64,000 bases of DNA from Octopus sinensis (Eukaryota): assembly GCF_006345805.1 (NCBI RefSeq), contig NC_043013.1, positions 1,426,001-1,490,000 of the forward strand, given 5' to 3'. Both the position numbers and the translations under genes were made by a program. This document shows positions 53,976 through 64,000 of this stretch, in pieces. The stretch's first letter is position 1, and every line of letters begins with the position of its first letter. A model generated the notes under the pieces. It saw only the letters and a program-made list of their open reading frames with translations. It was not told the origin of the DNA and searched no databases.

Positions 53976-55223
53976 TAGTAATAGATTGTATCTTTTACGA
54001 TTTCATCATCGATCCTCATTGTTTACGAATCTAATCCTTAAACTTTATGATTTGATTACTGATGCTCTCTGAGAGTCCGTTATTGTACTTTATTCCTACG
54101 CGTTTGTCATTCGTTTCCCATGTCTACAAGTTGACCATTGAGTCTTTCTCTATGTAACGTGGTCATTGATACTCTAACCCCCCCCCCCCACCGCCATTAC
54201 CCCCTCCAACAATAACAACAAAACTATCCTAGATTAGTTTACTAACAAACCACCAAATAGCGTTGTTAATTACTGAGGTTGCTTCGAATCGTGTTTTCTG
54301 GTAAGCTACTATTGCTGTTGTTGCTGCCGCTGCTGTTGTTGATGTTGTTGTGGCTGTTGTTGTTATTCATCGCTGAAGGTGAACAACGTATGCTGGAAGT
54401 TGCGCAACTTTGTGCATTGTTTTCCCTTTTCAAATTCTGTTTCTGTAAAATTCTATTGTTCTACGTTGTTTCGCAGTTGACCAGAACCAAAAGGGAATAA
54501 CCGACGGCCTTTTCCAAACAGAGAGAAAGAAAAAAAACGTTCGAAATGGCGTCGTATTTGTCGTCCAGTCAGCAAGACAGTTAGGTAGGAGAAGGTTTTG
54601 AAAGTGGAACCGTCTTTGGCAGAGACGTAGCGGTAATTAATAACAGTAGCAACAATGTCAGAAGTAATAAAAACAAGAACAACAGCAACAACATCAAGAA
54701 CAACGACAGTAGTAGAGCAATAACATAACAATGAAAAAAAATGGGGCTCAAAAAATCACCACCGCCTGCAAATCGTGCATTGACTTCGGGGTCGATAAAA
54801 TAAAATAAAACTCAAGTCTAGTACTGGAATCGATGTATTTCTTTCCTTTTAAAATTATAGCCTTTGTTCTTTAAGCAGAAACCATTATTATTCCAAGATA
54901 CCAGCAAAACCTAGTGTCTTGGTCTCGATGCCGTTGAAAAGTGTCTTGTGGGCCTCACTTATGACAAGGGATGTCGTGGCTATCATGTCATTAGCGATAA
55001 TTTCTTCCTCTTAGAAAGGCGGAGAGCTAAGAACTTAATTGTTGAGAAGGGCGAAGATCTTGTTAAGGCACAAGATGGTCGACAATGTCAAAATCTCGGA
55101 AAAACTTCGATAAATGCAATGTGATGGAGACATGATAAATGCGTCTGAAATAACTTTGTAACCGATCTTATAAAGTAATTATATGTTTGTATAGACAAGC
55201 CAGACCTCTGTTATTTTAGCTTC

Positions 55224-55264
<41 letters not shown>

Positions 55265-55355
55265 ATTGATGCTAGATGTGGCGAAACAATTGCCGTGATT
55301 AATAATAAATCCTCGTATATTCCATCTTCCGTCTTTCATTTGCCATATATATATA

Positions 55356-55440
<85 letters not shown>

Positions 55441-55492
55441 ATATATACATGCATATATGCATATACATATATATGTATACAGATATGCATTT

Positions 55493-55763
55493 ATGGGTAC
55501 AGGACGTCACAATACGTAAACAACATGAAATACGAAAATAAAGTTGGGTACGCGAACAATGAGAGAAACAAATGGAAAACAAGACAAGTAGTATAAAAAA
55601 TGACCCTTCATCAGTTGTCGGCTGTCATTCTACTCCTTATTTCGAGCATTGGTCGTTTTTTATGTTACTTGTCTCGTTTTCCATTTGTTTCTCTCGTTGT
55701 TCGCGTTCCCAACTTTATTTTCACATTTCATGTTGTTTACGTTTTGTGACGTCCTGTTCCCAT
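55493..55763. repeat. Fold-back element with about 113-bp arms and a 45-nt loop, set in TA-rich microsatellite
   Basis: Arms at 55493-55605 and 55651-55763 are reverse complements with a few mismatches. Confidence 0.9.
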
Positions 55764-55882
55764 ATATGTATATCTATATACATATATATGTATTTTATAT
55801 ATGTATGTATATATGCATATATATTATTTATATTATCATTTGATTGAATGCCACGCATCCATTTCCAAGTAAGTTTTATATC

Positions 55883-56002
<120 letters not shown>

Positions 56003-56205
56003 GATCTATCTATCTATCTATCTATCTACACACATATATGTATGTGTGTGTGTGGGTGTGTATGTATATATATATTCATGTATGTATATATTACCGTCGT
56101 ACAACAAATATTGCCGAAATATTCATAGATATTTTGTTCAACACACACACACACGCACACGCACACACGCACACGCACACACGCACACACACACACACAC
56201 GCGGG

Positions 56206-56263
<58 letters not shown>

Positions 56264-58101
56264 CAGGAAAGAGCAGCAACATAAACGTTGTACAAATGTT
56301 GAGATTTTGAACGATTAGAAACATCAAAATAATGTTATCGCACCTCAGAAATGCGTTCCTTTCAATTGCAAGGTTTTTTTTTAATGATTGTCTTTAGGCA
56401 TCGCAAGCAAAAGAGAGGCACTGGCAACGGAGCCGAAGGAGGATAAAATTACCAAATGTGCTGGAGGTAAAGCGTCTTTCATCTGTGGTAAACAAGTGTG
56501 TTGGTTATGTTCCTTGCGTTCGCTACACTTACACACGCAAACACATTCACTCACAAACATACACACACACACACACAGATAGACTCACAAACATGCACAT
56601 ACACATTCATGCGTACAGATAGACACACACACACACACACAAACACACGCACACATTATTGTCCATTTAAAATCTACTTCGGCCAGAACTAGGTCAATGG
56701 ATAATGACTGTAACGTCATAGGTGCGACCAGCTGCACAGCTGTGATTTGCGGCTTAACTCACTGCGCCCTCTACACACCCTTAGTCATCTAATTGTGTGC
56801 CTGTGTTTCACTGTTTGCCAGTCAAACGGGCAGGTGCGCCGAGAAAACAGGAAAGGGAGTGACGACAGTTAAGCAAAGTCAGTTTGTTAGTGAATATACC
56901 TCGGCCCGACTACACGCTAAAGAAGTCTGCTATGATCCATGCCACTAACTTGTTTGTTTTGATTCGATGAAGTTGCCGCCCCTTCATCTAAATCCGCCAG
57001 TCGGCCCACCCTAGCTGCCTTACCGTTGTATTGGCTTGCTAACCTTGGCAGCTACTTGAACGTCCACCTTCCGACTAAACCAAGGCACCGCCCTTCCTTT
57101 ACCTTGCCTAACCGAGTTCTAACTACTGTTAATATATGAGTCTATATAAGGCGGCGAGCTGGCAGAAACGTTAGCAAGCCGGGCGAAATGCTTTGGTCGA
57201 CTTTGCCTTTCATCCTTTCGGGGTCGATAAATTAAGTACCAGTTACACACTGGAGCCGATGTAATCGACTTAATCTGTTTGTCTGTCCTTGTTTGTCCCC
57301 TCTATGTTTAGCCCCTTGTGGGCAAAAAAAAAAAAAAATATATATATATATATGAGTCTACCTATTACTCTTCGTCTTTTATCTTCCAGTCATAAGAACT
57401 GAGGCCATGCTGCGGCACTGCCTTGAAGGGTTAAGGTGAACAAAATGACCCAAGTACCTGTTTTTTTTAACTCAGGGATTTATGTTGATCTCTTTTGCCG
57501 TGCCGCAAAGTTATGGGGATGTGAACAAACCTACATCGGTTGTCAAACGGCAGTGGGGTAAATACAAAGACACAACACACAGAGGTGGATATAATCACAT
57601 ACACACATATGTGTGTTTTTTGTATGTATACACACATACACACACACACACATATGTATACGGCGTATTTCCACACAGTTTCCGCCCACCAAATTCATTG
57701 GCAAAGGCAGTGCTCGATCTGAGTCTATAATAAATACAAAGCACTTTCGCAAGTTGCCGCGCTGTGGTATTGAACCCAGAACCACGTGGTGGGAAAAAAT
57801 GGAGCTTCTGAACCACAAAGCCATGCTAGCACCTGAAAATTGGATTTAAGTAATTAAAAAACAACAGAAGCAAGAACAATCGCAAACTAACTTTTTAACA
57901 CTGAATCGTAAATATATAGGTGTGACGGTATGGTAAGAAGTTTGCAACCCGACCACATGGTGCCGGGTTCAGTCCCACTGCATCGAAACTTGGGCGTGTT
58001 CTGCTATAGTTTTTGGCCGACTAAAGCCTTGTGAGTGAATTTGGTAGATGGAAACTGAAAGAGTCCCGTCATATATATATTTATATGATGGGCCTCTTTG
58101 T

Positions 58102-58184
<83 letters not shown>

Positions 58185-58708
58185 TTTGACAACTGGTATT
58201 GGTTTGTTGACGTTCCTGTAACTTAGCGGTTCGGCAAAAGAACTGATAGACCAAGTTCGGGGCTTAAAACAAGTAGAGGGGTCAATTCGTTCGACTAAAA
58301 AAAACTCTTCAAGGTGGTGCCCCAGCATGGCCGCACTCTAATGACTGAAGCAAATAAAAGGTAAAATATATTTAATTAGACCTTGCATGTCTAGATTCAA
58401 TTAATTTAATTACAATTAAAATTCTGCTTAAACTTGCTCTCTTACCTCATCATTCTATTTCGTCCCCCTCTTCTCTTTCAATCAGCTTTTCTTCGTTCTC
58501 TCTGTACTTATCCCTCTGTCTACATCTCTCTCTTTCACACACACACAGAGTAATTGACAGTGCGATGACGAATATAAAGTAACCCCGGTTTTTGCACCTA
58601 AAAAGCAATAATATACTTTTCTAGCCTCCCCACCCATTTCAGTCGAGTGTTATGCTCTCCACCCCCACCAACGTTGACCGTGTTGCTTTGCATTATACAC
58701 GTGTAGAT

Positions 58709-58748
<40 letters not shown>

Positions 58749-59473
58749 GCTGATACACTAAGAAGTTTTCTTAACAACCCTATGATTCCAGGTTCGATCC
58801 TAGTGCATGGAACCATTGAACATGTGGCTTTCTACGCAGTCTCGAGTTGACAAGTGCTATGTGAGGGAATTTGGCAGACGGAAACTGAAAGGAATCTGAC
58901 ATGAATGGAATTAATAATCTAAAGATTATATTGCGTAGATTATAGCTGAGGATTATAGCTGTGGATTATAGCGTAGATATTATAGCTGAAGGTAAAAGAC
59001 AAAATAGATATTAGAGTTTTAGAAGGGGGGGAAACAGGAGTAGCAGTCAGGGCCAATGGACAGTGTGAGGGGTGGGGGAGATATAGTATGGCTTGCTAGG
59101 AGGAAGGGGAGGACGAGGAGATGCACTAAGTATGCTAAGGGACGCTGAAAAATTCCTGGTTTTGGGTAAAAGAAAATACAGCGGGTGGTGGTCAGTTTAT
59201 AATCTTCTCCAACATATTCCCCTCTCAGATTCACACCCTTACACACAGCGGTCCTTCAGTTTTCCTAAGCCCTGTAAAAGAACTGGGAAGGTTGGGCCTC
59301 CAGGCCTTCCGCGATACCCTTAAAGCCAGGAACTTTTCAGTACCCCTCGTATTAACCCCTGTTTAAGAATGCCTTTTAGTTTTATTTAAAAAGATTTCTC
59401 TCCAATAGAGAACCAATTTCTCACCTTCATTTGAATTTAAACAACTCTCTCTCTCTCCCTCTCTCTTTCTGTA

Positions 59474-59560
<87 letters not shown>

Positions 59561-59856
59561 CTCTCTCTCTCTCTCTCTCTATCTTAAGTAAGGATGCATA
59601 TCTGTATTTATTAATGATTTGAATTTGTCCTATAATAGCCATTTTCTAACAGAGAAACAATTTTCCATTGTTACAATTGGGACAACATAGACAACGTTAC
59701 TCGCTGGACTTTAGAAAAATCTCGCGCTTTCTGACTGCTTTGCTTACATATTGTATTTGCAAAGCGCTTTGACTGAAAACCCAAGCCTTTTTTAGATTCA
59801 GGCATTTACTAACATAGTTAAGTGCACCAGTAGTCACCAATATTCTTTTACTTGGT

Positions 59857-60096
59857 GTAAAGATTATTTGCCAACATAACATGGCAGTCCTGGTTTAGGA
59901 CGAATGTTGCTATAATTTAGCCCCAGGGGACATCGTCTCCAGCTGGTTATACGACACGATCTGTGTCCTTGTTCGAAAATATAGGGACACAGATCGTGTC
60001 GTATAGCCAGCTGGGGACAATGTCTCCTGGGGCTACATTACAGCAACATTAGTCCTAAACTAAGAATGCCGTGTTATGTAGGCAAATAATCTTTAC
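59857..60096. repeat. Second fold-back of the 353-bp family (arms about 112 bp)
   Basis: gtaaagattatttgccaac...gatctgtgtcc, a 16-nt spacer, then ggacacagatc...ggcaaataatctttac. Confidence 0.9.
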
Positions 60097-60419
60097 TCCA
60101 AAGTACTGTTGCTGAATATCTCTCGTTGTGAGATTTACAAATAGTAATTTTCTAATTCTTTTACTTGTTTCAGTCGTTTGATTACGGCCATGCTGGAGCA
60201 CCACATTGAATTTAGAAGTAGACAAAGATATAGGTTTTTCTAAGTTGTAGGTGTAGGTATTCTCTATTTTTACTGATTTTGACCAAAATGTTTGTACATA
60301 ATTTCTTCCCTCCTAAACAGTATATCACTCATACAAGTCCTGCACTTGACGGATGGTTTGGATAGAATGTCCTACAAATATTCCTTGAGCTGACGTGTAT
60401 GTATTTAGTGACAGGGACA

Positions 60420-60800
60420 TTGTCTATGTTTATTCCAAGGAAGTTTTCTCCAAGTGATCACTTATATAGCATGACACATCTTGTAAGCAAAATGAAAACG
60501 TTCACCTGACAAAAACTACCAGTACATGTACATTATACAGAAACTTCATAGAAGTTGTTTGAAGTGATTCCTCCATGATTATTGTCCAACACAATGACTG
60601 ATGAACAGACAGGTGGAAAAAAGGAGTGTGGACATCTGCCGATCAAGCTTTGATGAATAAAGCTGTACCGAATGAAGTAAGAAAGCACCTTGTGGCAGTA
60701 AGGGTTGATTATAGAAAGGTATTCGATTTGATCCCCTATAAATGACTGCTGATGTCACTGAAGTGCATATAATTACCTGCTGCTATTAAAAAGGCTCACA
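60420..60800 (+). mobile_element. RT fragment of an R4/NeSL-type LINE
   Basis: EQTGGKKGVWTSADQALMNKAV...VDYRKVFDLIPYK (DY.KAFDSVPH equivalent). Confidence 0.7.
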
Positions 60801-61211
60801 AAGACTGGGTCAACAATCCCCACCCTTATCACTGAAAACTGAACAACTGCCTCCGTCTTAATAAATATTTCAAAGGTAATATTTCATGTAGAGAGTGATT
60901 TACATGGCATGATCCCTCCAATTACATTAGTCTCATAACACTGTGTAACGAAAGAAACCCCTTTCGTGGCCAGTAAGTGTTATTTCCTATTTGCTTCTAT
61001 CAAGAAGTCACAGGAAATGACTAACCTTGCTTTTCTGACCTTGACATCAATTTTTTTTTGAAACTGACCTGTTTCCCATTACATTTCAGACAGATTCAGC
61101 TCTGAGTTGCTGAAGCAGAAATGTCTTTTTAGCAAATATTCTGCTCAATACCACAGATTTGCTTGTCAGTTGCTTCACACGAACCGCTTGAACTGTTTAA
61201 AAGCCAGCCAG

Positions 61212-61304
<93 letters not shown>

Positions 61305-61310
<6 letters not shown>

Positions 61311-61734
61311 TTAGAGATAAAACCACTATTAGGCAAATCATACAATGAAAAACTTAAGCCAATACATAAGATTATTTAATTTATATTATTTAAATATATA
61401 ACAAAATTATTAAAAAAATATAATTATATAACACTACGATCGTTTCATGCTGTTAATTTCTTTAAATTTTCGAGTTACAGTCATTCATCAGGTGGTTTAA
61501 ATATTTAACTTGGCGAGGTTTAATCAAGTTAAATATTTAAACCACCTGATGAATGACTGTAACTCGAAAATTTAAAGAAATTAACATCCATGAAACGATC
61601 GTAGTGTTATATTAATTATATTTTTTTAATAATTTTGTTATATATTTAAATAATATAAATTAAATAATCTTATGTATTGGCTTAAGTTTTTCATTGTATG
61701 ATTTGCCTAATAGTGGTTTAATCTCTAATTTAAT
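61305..61734. repeat. Near-perfect palindrome with about 208-bp arms and a 12-nt spacer; each arm carries a hammerhead motif
   Basis: Arms at 61305-61512 and 61525-61734; spacer gcgaggtttaat. Confidence 0.95.
61541..61608 (+). ncRNA. Minimal type I hammerhead-ribozyme motif; mirror copy at about 61430-61496 on the - strand
   Basis: cac-CTGATGA-ATG...CAT-GAA-ACGATCGT-A-gtg: intact core, palindromic stem III, GUA site, short stems I and II. Confidence 0.6.
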
Positions 61735-61821
61735 ATAATATAATATTTTACTATAAAATTGGATTCAATCCTAAATCTGATTTTTCCCTGTAAGTTTGGA
61801 TTTATTCCCTAATATTTATTA

Positions 61822-61861
<40 letters not shown>

Positions 61862-62199
61862 GTGTGTGTGGTGTGTGTGTGTGTGTGTGTGTTTGTATAT
61901 ATATATATATATGTATGTATTTATGTATATATATATATATATATATATACACACAGACATATATGTATGTGTGTGTGTTTGTGCCTGTGTTTCTCCCCAC
62001 ACCACTTGATAATCACTACTTATTTCTTTACTGTCTTGTGACTTAGCTGTTCGACAAAAGAAACCGATAGAATAAGTATCATACTTAAAAAATATGTGGG
62101 GATCATATATAAAAAAATAAGGTAAAAAAAAAAGGATAAAGATTTCAATTATCTCTTCTCTTTCTCTATTCCGTGGTCAATTATTGGTGTGAATAGCAT

Positions 62200-63500
62200 T
62201 TTTCAATCAAAATATCTCCTCGTTCCTTTAATACTTTCTTTCGGATGTTCGGATTTGAGACGATGCTACATAATATTTCAGCTTGATTGAGCGGGATATT
62301 TATTCTCGTATGTTTCGGATGCCATGAATTAAAACGTTAATACTATTTAGAGTCTGTTTTTAAAATATAGTTTATATATCTAAAATGTTAATTCTTGTTG
62401 GGCTCCAAGCATATTATTGTTAATATTATTCAGAAATGTTTTAAATTCGAGAAATCTATCTAAAATTTCACATAGGATAGAATAATCATATCATAATCTT
62501 TTCCAGTTTTTCTTCAAATAATTGTATAAATGACTTCCATATTTTTTGTGTACAGTTTTCCTAAATTTCTATCTCGGTATATTCCACTAATAAATTTGTA
62601 TACATCGGAACTAACTTGGTTCCCATTGCCTATATACTGGTTGGTCAATATATATATATATGACAAGTTGCTTTGCAGACTAAACTGAAATCCTTCAAGT
62701 CGTTTTCTGGATGGACTGGTAATTCATGTCGACATGTATTAAATCAAAAATGTAATGTTTCTATTCTATATTTTTATAGGGGTAAACGACAACGAATGAA
62801 ATTATTTAGGTTTTTTAATTCCCTGTACGTGGAATGTAGCAGAGCATAACCAAGTCGTCTCTTATCTATTTCTGTGTATATTTCAAATATGATTTCAGAA
62901 ATATGTCTAAAAAGTTATTCAATCGATAGCTGTTACAAGATGGACCTGCCACTATTGGACTTTAAAGTCATTTGGGGGAAGACAATTTAAACAAATATGC
63001 TTTATAAACCATACTTCAGAATAAAATATATCACCGAATGACATGAGCAATTCATATAGCGGATGTAAGTATTCGATCAGCAATTTCAATTAAACACCGT
63101 ATTGGCCGTGTTTAGAATAAGAACTTTCATTCATACAAATTTGTTTTTTGGAATAAGATCAAGAATAGCAATAAAGCTTAGACATAGTTGAATTGCTTCG
63201 AGAAAATCACAATTCAAACCGAGCAGGAAAATTGGCTTTAAAAAATTTATTCGAATTCATAATAGAAGTAGAACTACTAAGATGAAGAGTAGTCGCCAAA
63301 AAATTGATGAAGAAATATATATATAATTTTTCATGAAAGCAGATGGAGCTCTTTTTGGGAAATTATTGTAAATTAAGGAAAAAAAGAATGTAAAAATGAG
63401 AGGAAGAAAAATTATTTTCCTCCAAAGATGGGAAAAATGGACATTTAGTTTCGCAGTTACAAAGAAGAATTTCGAAAACAAAATTTTTAGTAGGATCTGT
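62200..63500 (-). mobile_element. Penelope-like element 3, heavily decayed RT
   Basis: PIVAGPSC..YRLNNFLDIFLK, AMGTKLVPMYTNLL, LTFLDI, SWHPKHTRINIP..AEILCSIVS. Boundaries approximate. Confidence 0.75.
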
Positions 63501-63908
63501 TTATGAAGAAAATTGAAGAAATATTGGGACGAATAAACTTTAAAATACTGAGCGTATTCAAAGGTAAATAAAATGTTGGATTTAACAGATATCGGACTAG
63601 ATGCAGATTTACAAATAACTCAAAGAGTAAAAAGAAAAGAAAAAATAACAATCATTATCAACAACAAAGCAATAAAAGACAAGGAATAATGGTAATTAGT
63701 TTTCTCAACGAAGAAAAACATAATAAGAAAAGAAACAAGTATGAAAATAATTATAGGAGATAAATTTCATAACTAATTACACTAGAGACAATTTTGAAAA
63801 TGATTTCGAGAGGTGACCCAATTTTGATGATGTCGACATTGAAGAGAGTAACTGTTATCCCAGTTTTATTATTACTATTATTATTATTTATTATTATTAT
63901 TATTATTA

Positions 63909-63945
<37 letters not shown>

Positions 63946-64000
63946 GTTATTATTATTATTATCATTATTATTATTATTATTATTATTGTTGTTGTTGTTG

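Overview
AT-rich, repeat-dense eukaryotic genomic DNA, most likely from an octopus. That assignment is inferred from the tRNA-derived SINE families and the microsatellite load. One host gene is supported: a + strand LIV-1-subfamily ZIP zinc transporter most similar to ZIP12/SLC39A12. I assembled ten phase-compatible coding exons from 17165 to the stop at 44251 (546 aa). They include a His/Asp-rich ectodomain exon and one GC-AG intron. The start codon and signal-peptide exon(s) were not found. The rest is transposon debris: RTE, CR1 and R4-type LINEs, three Penelope-like elements (PLEs), Tc1/mariner and hAT elements, and many SINEs. The most unusual signals are (i) several minimal hammerhead-ribozyme-like motifs tied to PLE ends and fold-back palindromes, (ii) an intronic 80-copy 27-bp array that is open in the ZIP reading frame and carries ACGTG and TGATAA motifs in most units, and (iii) many long inverted repeats in and around the gene. 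All family assignments come from motif recognition by eye; no database searches or folding calculations were run.
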